From assembly GCA_002269645.1 (NCBI GenBank), contig NIVC01001423.1, positions 1-27,866 of the forward strand: a DNA stretch of 27,866 nt. Reading direction: 5' to 3'. The position numbers and the translations under genes are program-made. Below are positions 11,035-20,390 of the stretch, one piece after another; within the stretch, counting starts at the first letter, position 1; each line of letters begins with the position of its first letter. The DNA is from Macrostomum lignano. Lineage: Eukaryota. The notes below the pieces were generated by a model. The model saw nothing but the letters and a program-made list of their open reading frames with translations, made no database searches and was not told the DNA's origin.

Positions 11035-14000
11035 ATGTCGGGACCGATCTCCCAGCAGCGGCAGAATCAACGAGCTAATTTCCTGGCCCAGTTTCGCGAC
11101 CAGAACACGCGTCGACTAAAGAACTTCACTGCCACGCAGTTTGCAGAGGTCTGGAGCCACTACGACAAAGATGGTGAGAGTCACCGCGTGGCCACCTTGA
11201 TGACCTACTCTGAGGTTACCTAATCTTTAGACATTCGACTCTCTGCTGCACTCAAACCTCAGACAGCCTACTTTATGACGTCTCTATTTCAACTACTCCA
11301 AACACAAGCTGTACAAAGTAATATTTCCAATATATAGGAAGTGGAAGATACTCGTACAAACTTAAAGTTAGATCCTGCATAATGTCAAATCAGATTAGTG
11401 CCATTTTTGTGGCGAATGTTCGAATCTGCCCTGAAGCAAAGCAAAACAAGCAAACCTCGATTGTCCATTAATCATGAGCTTATCAAGAATCCTTATTTTG
11501 AGAAGCATGAAATGCATGAAAAAGCAAAAGAAAGCAGCTGAGAAAGGCCAGGCTTAGCAGAGCAAATGCAACATGAGCGAGCAGAAGGAAGATAATTTTT
11601 GCCATGGCTTATCCAGAAAACAGATATCTCCAGACAGAACAACGGACGGAGTCTGTCGGGCAATTACTCTGCCCAAGTCCCCGGAGCAGGATATCAGAAA
11701 AAGCAACGCTTCTGGGGCAGCGTATTCTAGCTCACGGTTTACTGTAGGCCCAATATCATTACGCATTCTAACTTGCTACATGTGAAGCTGTTCGTGAAAA
11801 TCATATGCATATTGTCAAGCCATAGGTATGATCCGCTTTGAGCTGTGCTGATAAGTAGCCTCCAATGCCCCTTCCATTCGCAGGAAACGGATTCATTGAG
11901 GGCCAAGAGCTGGACGAGTTCCTGCGCGAGTTCATCTCGTCAGTGGTAACGGAGGACATCGGACCAGAGGTGAGACTTACCTGGTCTCTCCAAAGCGTTT
12001 TAGTCAATATGTTTTCATTTTCTGCGTCTTTCAAGCGTGATTTGTCCATTTCTATTCTTCCTTTATCACCTCGGCCTTGGCTAAAAGGGCGGATCGCATC
12101 GAGGATCACGTGCAGCCACAAAAAACAACTCGGATTCGACTATTAACACTGCTTTTTCTTTTAACCTACGCACTTTTCTCTGATTTAAAAGGCGGATACA
12201 AGCAGCGTGTTGTCCATGCTCAACCCTGCGTATTGAAATACGCTCAGTGCAGACGCGAAGCGCCCCGCCCACTTGTCCGCAGGTCATCTCCGAGACCGCT
12301 CTAGCGGCCATGAAGCGAGACTTTATGGACGCTTTCGACGAGAACTACGATGGAAAGATTGAAATCGGCGAGGTAAGATTTGCTTTTCTCTGGCTTAACA
12401 TTAGCCATAAAGCATTGACTTTGATGTCATTCTTATTTATGATGATGATGTTGAGCAACAAATTCGTGATGCAGCTGACTTTTCCGACAGGCAGCCCGCA
12501 TGCCTTCTAGTGGAAAATATAGCTCGTAGAAGGAAAATAAATGATCCAGTCTTTTTCTTTTGGGAATCAGGACCGTTTCGTCAGAGCAAAGCCCCGGTCA
12601 CACAGCCCTCATTTTTTTTCTACTTTGCTATTCCATGCTGACAGTCTGGCCGCTGACCGCTCATTGCAGCTCTCGCAGATCCTGCCAACTGAGGAGAATT
12701 TCCTGCTGCTGTTCCGCCGGAACAACCCTGTGGACTCGAGCGTGGAGTTCATGCGGGTAAGAGAGGCGAGGCCTGGGCGCTCTTCTCCATCAGGCTGCTC
12801 GCCAATGCACTTGTTGCAGGTCACTTCTAATAGTTTCTCTAAACAGCCTGTCTACCTAGAAGCCTAGAAGTCCTACTATTTATTCACTGACTATTCAGTT
12901 TAGCTTCTAATAAAAAATACTTCAGAATTTGCTGATGAGCCTACTAAAATAATTGCTTTCACGTGTGATTATGTGACTGCTTCAAGGACGGCTCAAGTAG
13001 AAGGGCGGGAAAATTGGTTTCTTAGAAAATTATCGAAAATACACATCAAGATAGAATAGGTCTGTCTTCTTCGTGAATAGAAAGAAAGAACTCATATTTC
13101 GCTAGTATATTATTCGCGTAAAGTCAGCCTTCAAATATTTCCAAGAAAAAAATATCCCAGTCCATATGCTTTAGTCGTCTTTGACCTGCATTTGTGTGCG
13201 CTCTCAGAGGCCAGCGGAATGGGCTGCGGGTTTGACTGTCGACTTAGCAAGCGCTAGAAATCCCCGACTACGGCTAACTGGATGCAGCTAAAAGATGAGA
13301 AGTGTCAGTTCTCGTCCCACAGGGGGCATCAAAAACACGAAAAATCACAAACCCAAAAAGCGCTTTCCATCACAAAGCCGAAATATCATAACTCCGAAAG
13401 TTCTAGCAATGTCCCCAGCGCTATTATGGTTTTCGGGTTGATGATGCGCGTTGCTAGCAAGTTCGGAGTTATGATATTTCGGGTTTATGATGGGAAGTGT
13501 TTGTGATTTTTCGGGTTTTTGATGGCCCACTCCGCTGACTCCTGAGCACACTACTGTACTCAGACACGCACTCACACACACGCTCACACAGGGTGTACCA
13601 GTGGCTCTGACTTTCTAATCATCGGGCATGTACACTCTCTGTGCCTTGGGGGTTGGTCCTCATGGCTGTGAATCGCAGGACAAGCCCCCCGGACAATTTT
13701 CGTGCTCAAAAGCCCCAAATCATGCAGCTGAGCACGGAATCGAACCAATGGTGGAGGTGCGAGAGTCGGACGCGTTCACTGCTGCCTGCCCTCGGCAAAG
13801 CTATAAAGAACACTATCAGTATAGCGATATGAATAGCAGCGAAGCGACAACGCGCCTCAAACAGACTCAAATCTGTTTACCATCTTTGTTGGCTTGCGTG
13901 ACACTTTCTGGAAAAGGATGCGCCTGATTAAACACACTGATAAACACACCATACTGATGAAGCGGCATGCACAACTAAAGTAGAAGTACGCTGCAACTCA

Positions 14001-17000
14001 AAAATCATCGTGCAAAACTTTGACTGGAGGCCAGTTTTTGCTACAAAACCCGTGCGAGTGAGGTTTCGCTCACAAGCCACGACTCCAGAATTCCTTCTCG
14101 TTCAAGCCGCCTCAGAAGGCCCTCGTGATTTATGAAAATAGCTCCCGCGAAAAAGGCATGTTTAATCTCATTTAACCTCCAGAAACACTCTAATGTTGCG
14201 TTCATCATGGCTTATATTTTTTGTAGGAAGTCTCAATTTTTAATTGTCTATGACCTGGTCTCATACATCGGGACTCAAAAAAGCCAATTGTATGATATAT
14301 CGGGCCTGAAAATGAGGCCTATTATATGGACCATATTCTCTCTGTATATGGTCCATAGTCGTAAAACATAGCTAAACATCTCGAATGAAAACCGGGAGTA
14401 AGTAGGAATAGGAATAGAGAAAGCCGGAATAGTCATAATAATTGGATCATAGCAAAAAGCCAGCGAAAAATCCTCCCAAGTAATGGTGACAGTCTCATCA
14501 TTAGCGACAATATTCATATTCTCGGAAGAGCCAGCCACTTCTCTAGAGACTGCATCGGTCGTTAAAGAAGTGGAAGCGCCTGTCGGCTCGTCATCAGTGT
14601 TTTGAATAGCCACTGTGAGCTGAAGTGTCCCAGAAATCTGTAGATGGTCACGTGTGTCAAGCGATGTGTACCTCTCACTGCTAGAGTGACCTGAGATACG
14701 CGCTATATCAGCAGCCTGATGTCCTGGTGGCCTGATGCAGCGTGGTGGCGTATGTTTTTCGGAGCGATTGGTTTGTGAACCTACAGCAGAATTCTCGTGG
14801 CCAGCCGTCAGCGATTTGGCAACTCCGTCCAGTGTGTGACGACCTAGCGGAACATTTTGGTACCACTTGCTAACTTGGACGCTCGATCGTATCATAACGA
14901 CGTAGCCCAGAAACAGATTTGTCACACTGCATGCATCAGGTCCTTTAGCATCGTAGGCTTTGTACGAACAGGGCAAGCAACGCAAGTGATCAGGCGCGTG
15001 GTACGCACGCATCTCGCGAGAAGAATCACGCTTGAGCTTCAGACCTTGATTCTTCGTCTTTTTGGCCCTTTGTTCCCTAAACAAGAGACACTCGCCTTGC
15101 ACATCGGAGCATACAACGATGTCCTTGTTGTGCTCCAGAGCATGCAGTTCGGTCCCGCCATGGAGCGCGAAATGCTTTCCGATGTAGAAAATGACGGCAA
15201 ATAGCAACTGCTTCAGTGTCTCCTGCTCAAGAGCGCCGCTCTGCCACAGTTCAGCAAACACCGGCTTTCAGTCAAATTCGCACAATCGTCCCTATATTTG
15301 TGTTGTTCATGAGCAACACTACCATACGAGTAATCTGCGAATTTAGACGCCTAGCTACATCTGTAGCCTGACAGGAAGAGGGAGGTCTAGCAAAAAACTG
15401 TCTTTCAAATGAATAGCTACATAAACATGGCTTTTGAATTGCCTATTCATTATCTTGTGCGGCAGCCATGCTTGAAGGCACTCGATTTAAAGTACTTTCG
15501 GCAATAAGTCGAGAGTATTGATTAACAACTCTGCTTCCAACTAAAAGAAATATTCCTGGGTTTTCAACCGCCTCTTTCTTCAAATTCAATTCACTCGAAT
15601 TTACAAAAAAGTTTCAAAATTTTCAAAATTCTACCCATGCTTCAATTTGGCTCTGCTTATGATTAGATTAGGAATTTGGAAAGTTTCAGCGCAGAGAAGT
15701 CTGTGCGAAGTTGACTGCTGTTGGCGGGGGGGGGGAAAGTCTGGCCACTTTTATTGTATCCAATTTCACAAACTTTTCAGATTTGGAGGCAGTTCGACAA
15801 GGACCACTCGGGCTATATTGAGGCTGATGAACTTCGTGTAAGCGTATGGAAAACTCCGTTATAAGTCAATCAACTATTTGCCTTTTGCTGTGTCTATATT
15901 TCCTAAATGTTCACTTTTCTGCGGTTACTTTTGCTAACACTGTCTTTCTTGCAGGACTTTCTCAAGCACATTCTCGACTGCGCCGATCGTTGCGTCAGCG
16001 AGGACAAACTCCTGGAGTACACCAGCACTATGGTATGAGACTTTTTAATTCAATCACTTTTTTCTGCGAAACTGTGCGCGTTTCTCTCTCTCGCCCGGCC
16101 TTATCCCGTTCACCTCTCATTCCTGTGCCTGTCACCCCGGGCTGTACATAGCGAGTTAGCGAATGTACGTCGTGCGCTTTCCTCTCTACCCCGTGTCTGT
16201 CACCCCGGGCTGTACAGAGCGAGTTAGCGAATGTACATCGTGCGCTTTCCACTCTACCCCGTGTCCCTTCTCGTCCGCCTCTCTGCCCTGTGCCTGCCAC
16301 CCCAGGATGTACTTAGTGTGTGCGATTTTACATCGTGCCTTTCTCTCTCCTCGTGGCTTCTCAATTCCGCCTTCGGGCACCTCTTTTCGCTTGTCGGTTA
16401 AATTTTTCACAAGCTGTAGTTCCATTTTTTTTCTAAAATACCATCTGGTAAATTTGACTGTTTTGCGTAACTTTACGCGTATGGTGCTGAAAACTCCATA
16501 AACTCAAGAATCATATGCACACGTTGGAATGCATTGCAACTGGATTCCATGGAATATTACAGATGTTATGAGACAGAGGTGGCGATAATAAATATGTGTG
16601 AAAGTTGAATTGCTTCAGGTAAAGAGACAGAAGGGGAGAAAGAATTACATGTGAAGGGATTGCAGGGATCAGATTAGCAGTAAGGCAGAGATGAGGATTC
16701 GGGCTGACGTGAGACGAAGCATCCGCAGCGATGCATTCTGTGCGTGCTCGCGCCTTCCCGCGCCGAGTTTCCTGATGAAGCCTCACCCTTAAAGTCTTGC
16801 CGAAGCCACACACAGCTTCATTAGTTCCCCTTCCCTACACAGTCGGCAGCGATTAGCATGGGCGTGAACTAATCTATGTATTCCTTCCCAGTCGGGAAGT
16901 GGGGCTTAAAATGTGGTCGATATGATACCCCATTTTACAAGCTCATTGTGCGCTTTGGTCGGATCCCCTTTCTGAGTCATTTCTGATGAAGCTCTCAGGC

Positions 17001-18415
17001 ATCTGATGTCCATTTCAGCTGCAGCTGTTTGATCAGAATCGCGACGGCAAACTGCAGCTTAGCGAGATGGCCAAGTGAGTAGCCTGCAGTTTACTAATTA
17101 GTGCTCAAACTAGCTGGCAATATTATGCCAAATTGTAACTTGACTCCTGCAGGCTTTTGCCAGTGAAAGAGAACTACCTATGCCGACCGATTTTCAAGGT
17201 ATGACGCTGCGAGTTTAACTCGTTAAGCCCTCCCAACTTTTATGTAAGAGCACGCCGACGTTCTTGGAAAACGAATTTCAGAATGCCAACCGCATCAACA
17301 GCAATGACATTGATCGCGTGTTCAACTTGTACGACAGGGTGAGCGGAAGTCTTTGCTGGACAGCTTGACAGGCCAAAACAGTCTCTCGGGCAGTAACTGT
17401 TACAGCAAAAATTAATTTTAGGATAAAAACGGCTGCATTGAAAATGAGGAGCTGCAAGGGTTCCTGAAGGATTTGCTGGAGTTGGCCCAAGAGGTAAGTG
17501 AGCCAGTGCGCGAGCGGCTTATGTTAAAAATAAATTTATAGAAGCTTCGAAGGGGCATCTAGGGTTTGTAGCAGGTTTTTATACCCCTATTAGTACGCCG
17601 TTGGGTATAAGTCAGTCGATTTTGGGTATTAATTTTCTCATCGATATCGATCATATCGATGTATCCCAGTGGTCTGGCGCGGCGCTCTCACGTGCCAACG
17701 GCCCAGGCTCGATTCCAAGTACAGTCACATTAATTTGGGCTTGGCTTTGCACGTGCAATTAACGGCCTTGAGGGCCAACCCCCAGGGCACAGTGAAGTGT
17801 ACATGCCTAACGATAAATAAGTTAGGGCCGCTGTGCACTCCTGTGTGAGTGTGTAAGCTGTGAGCTGGGGTTGTAGCCTGGTAGTTAGAGCGTCGGACTC
17901 ACGACTTGAAGGTCGGGGGTTCGATTCCCGATCCTACTGGAACAATTTGTGTCCTTGAGCAAGACACTTAACTCTGCATTGCTTCAGTTCTCCCAGCTGT
18001 AAAATGAATGTGTGCAATAGCTGCGGCTGAGCTGTCGGTTGCACATCTGCCCATTAGGGCAGGTGTAATCAATTAATTTTTTTTATTATGTGAGTGTGTG
18101 CCTGTGCGTATGACTGCGTACGTATCCGCGCGCTTGTGTGCCTGCTCAGGGGAGTCGGCGGAATCGGCAGTAGTGCCTCTCGCCGGTTGTGAGACAATGC
18201 TAAACCTCTGGAGCAAATTGCTGCTAAATTAAACAACTAATGACTATATACTCGTATACTTCGATTCGCAGGACTATGACGCTCAGGACATGCTGTTCTT
18301 CAAGAAAGTCATCCTTGATCAGTGGGACGTCAATCACGACGGCAAGATCAGCAAGGACGAACTGAAAATGATACTGCTGCAGCAGAGCCGCCTGGCCAGT
18401 CAGATGGGCCTTTGA
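11035..18415 (+). CDS. Cbp53E: Calbindin-32/calretinin-family hexa-EF-hand calcium-binding protein, complete, 11 exons, 303 aa
   Basis: Exons 11035-11173, 11884-11969, 12283-12372, 12670-12756, 15781-15837, 15955-16032, 17019-17074, 17153-17198, 17282-17338, 17422-17493, 18272-18415. All are GT-AG with compatible phases and total 912 nt. Motifs [56 protein letters not shown] and [16 protein letters not shown] closely recall Drosophila Cbp53E. The symbol denotes the nearest remembered homolog. Confidence 0.95.
13323..13528. mobile_element. Fold-back MITE (206 bp) in calbindin intron 4
   Basis: Arms 13323-13411 and 13449-13528 are reverse complements (GGGGCATCAAAAACACGAAAAATCACAAAC.. / ..GTTTGTGATTTTTCGGGTTTTTGATGGCCC) with one ~9-nt indel and a 37-nt spacer. 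Confidence 0.8.
14275..15261 (-). mobile_element. Degenerate Crypton-type tyrosine recombinase (DUF3504/ZMYM-like C-terminal domain), antisense in calbindin intron 4
   Basis: The ORF has [65 protein letters not shown], which match the Crypton layout LWxxG..FFYxGxHFALRGG-E..WY..PLG..TNHSLR..TGHRS..Y. An in-frame stop lies just upstream of 15261, so the N-terminus is missing. Confidence 0.8.
14325..14357. repeat. Perfect 12-bp inverted repeat with a 9-nt spacer
   Basis: TATGGACCATAT-TCTCTCTGT-ATATGGTCCATA read directly. Confidence 0.9.
16129..16350 (+). repeat. 68-bp tandem duplication plus a degenerate third copy in calbindin intron 6
   Basis: CTGTCACCCCGGGCTGTACA..CTACCCCGTGT at 16129 and 16197 (near-identical), with a diverged copy from 16294. 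Confidence 0.85.
17664..17860 (+). mobile_element. tRNA-Glu(CTC)-derived SINE or tRNA pseudogene head with unassigned body
   Basis: GGCGCTCTCACGTGCCAACGGCCCAGGCTCGATTCC resembles eukaryotic tRNA-Glu GGCGCTCTCACCGCCGCGGCCCGGGTTCGATTCC. An A-box-like CCCAGTGG lies upstream. The stems are degenerate and the 3' boundary is approximate. Confidence 0.55.
17867..18010 (+). mobile_element. tRNA-headed CORE-type SINE
   Basis: A box TAGCCTGGTAG (17874-17884) and B box GGTTCGATTCC (17918-17928) are followed by TGTGTCCTTGAGCAAGACACTTAACTCT..TCAGTTCTCCCAGCTGTAAAATG, which aligns to the MIR CORE (TGTGACCTTGGGCAAGTTACTTAACCTCT..TCAGTTTCCTCATCTGTAAAATG). Confidence 0.75.
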
Positions 18416-18784
18416 GTGAATGGCAGGCACTTTTTTAGTTGTGATGCACGATTTAATCCAGCTCAATCCAGTGGTCATCGAACACTGCGCTGACTGGCAC
18501 TGTCATTGTACAGCATCAGAAATAATGTAGCTAATGGCCCGCTTAGCAAAATAGAAAGTAATCGCTTTCAGAAGCAGAAAATTTAGGGGAAAACTATACT
18601 ATTGTCTCAGATATTATTTGATACAATGCCTGAGACTCGGAGAAGCATAAAAAAGCTGTATTGAACGTCCTATCAAATTGTTCTGTAATATTAAATACTT
18701 TCTTGATTTACACAATTCGTGTTTCACCAGAAGAGTTGAAGCTTAGTAAACTCGTTACTAATTTGCTAATACGTGCGTCAATTA

Positions 18785-18790
18785 AATAAA
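18785..18790 (+). promoter_or_regulatory. Candidate polyadenylation signal of the calbindin-like gene
   Basis: AATAAA 370 nt downstream of the stop codon. Confidence 0.45.
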
Positions 18791-19019
18791 CAACTATCGT
18801 ATTACCCCAATACTCTTGCTTTTGTATCCCATGTGGATTTAATAATCTGATCACTTGCCTACCCTGTCTACCAAGAACTTATCAGCCCTGTCTTTCAGGC
18901 GCAAGTCAGGGTGGCATGCATGAGCACGCATTCTCATAAACGCGCTGAAGTATTTTTTCAGCTCCTCGCATAAGAGCTCATAGTTATTAGCGCGAATGCT
19001 CAGGCTATTCTCAGGCAAA

Positions 19020-20390
19020 TTTTTTTCACAAACGCGCAAACTTGTCAGTCGGGGAAAGGTCACTGGCCACTGATGAGTTCGCGTCGCCAAGGTCGAGGAG
19101 GTGAGCGCGACGGACAGGGTCTTCCCGAGGGCAGTGATAGAGGAGGTGGTGCTCGGGTGTCCTCCTCGTCGCAGTCCGAGCACAGGGGTTTCAGCGATTC
19201 TTCCTGGGCCTCATGGACTTTGCTGCAGGTCTTCGCCTTGTTCACGCCTCGTTCCAGAAGGGGGCGCGGCGGCCGGCGCAGCTGCCCCTCGGGATAGCAC
19301 CCTGGGCCGCCTTGAGGATGACGGAGCAGAAGCGGTCCGCTGCCTCGTCCGGGGTCGTGAGCTAGCACTTCTAAAGCTGAGATCTGAAGGTGGCCCAGTC
19401 GGCTTTTCGGTAGTTCCAGCGAGTCGGGCCCCTCCATCTCTGCTGGTGGGGGGCCGAGATGTGAAAGCTGATCGGAAGTTGATCGCTCTCGCAGTCCCGC
19501 TCGACTCTCGGCTCTGAATAGGCGACAGACGCAGGTGATATCTGGCGCACTTTGCTTGCCTGTGGCCGGGCAGGTTCTCGTGTGGGCTAGGGAGTTGTAG
19601 ATGGCTAGGCCGGCTCTAGCCGCCCATTCCTTAATGTGTCTTACCCCTGTCTGTCCTCGTCAATGTGCGAGTTCCAAGAGCCGTGGGCGTTGAAATCTCC
19701 GCCGATGATGGCGCTGTTCCGGGCACTGCGCTGGGTGCTGATAGGTAGGATGTAAACGGAATAAGTAGAACGCGGCTCTGTCGGTGCTGTCACTCGACGC
19801 GCCGCAGTCCACGGTGCTATAACAGATATCATTTCTAACGAGCACTATAGATGGGCTCCTCGCATATAGTAGAACTGCCGAGCTCGGCGAGCTGCCACGC
19901 CTGCTACATTTGAGGCGGCTACGGTATCCACTGCACCAGTGGGCGCGGTAGTTGGGGACGCATCGCTTGCAGGATCCAGCTCAGGTTGGGAGGTGGGCTC
20001 GGGCCCGGCGGTATCGGTGGCATTGATAGATCCGGTCTCAGTTGGTGGGCGGCGATTGGCTGGATAGGATGCCGGTGAGCCGGGCCTGCAGGCTGCGGAT
20101 GGAATCGTATGACATAGCACGGAGGTGGGCGGAATTTCTCGGATGGCCTGAGTTTAGTCTCTTGAGGGAGGACTGCCCCAGGACGCGCAGTTTCCAGCCG
20201 GGAGCTTAGTTTCGTATAGCGGCTACGGATGCCGTTGCAGTTGAGCTGCAGGAACGGGAACTCTAGGCTCTGGGTGTCCCCAGGAGGCGGCATTCCGTGG
20301 CATGTGGTGTCCTTGGCTTTACCACCCCAGGAGACGGCATTCCGTGGCATGTGGTGTCCTTGGCTTTACCAACCCCAGGAGGCGCAGGAC
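19020..20390 (-). mobile_element. Internally deleted, frameshifted Ingi/Vingi- or I-group LINE (APE endonuclease plus C-terminal CCHC, no RT)
   Basis: Minus-strand motifs in order: LQLNCNG (20231-20251), QETKL (20150-20164), GDFNAH (19683-19700), SAPDIT (19534-19551), SDQLPI (19470-19487), WNYRKADW (19395-19418), AIPRG..PFWN (to 19251), then CSDC..EH..HCP (19128-19182), a stop and an A7 run ending at 19020. The 5' boundary is uncertain. Confidence 0.8.
20278..20384. repeat. 47-bp tandem duplication at the 5' side of the LINE endonuclease
   Basis: CCCCAGGAG(G/A)CGGCATTCCGTGGCATGTGGTGTCCTTGGCTTTACCA at 20278 and 20325, with a partial copy at 20373. Confidence 0.9.

Noticed and set aside
14857-15204. 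115-aa plus-strand ORF
   Set aside because: It is the antisense of the Crypton recombinase and lies inside a calbindin intron.
16772-16778. Other CTGATGA hammerhead-core matches (also 4059, 12932, 16983)
   Set aside because: None is followed by a pairing stem II and a GAAA-stem III-UH arrangement.
17867-17937. Functional tRNA gene
   Set aside because: The anticodon and acceptor stems pair poorly and the sequence runs straight into a SINE CORE domain.
18851-19019. Protein-like ORF tail (NYELLCEELKKYFSAF..DKFLVDRVGK) beyond the LINE A-run
   Set aside because: No motif was recognised. It could be another decayed element but cannot be supported.
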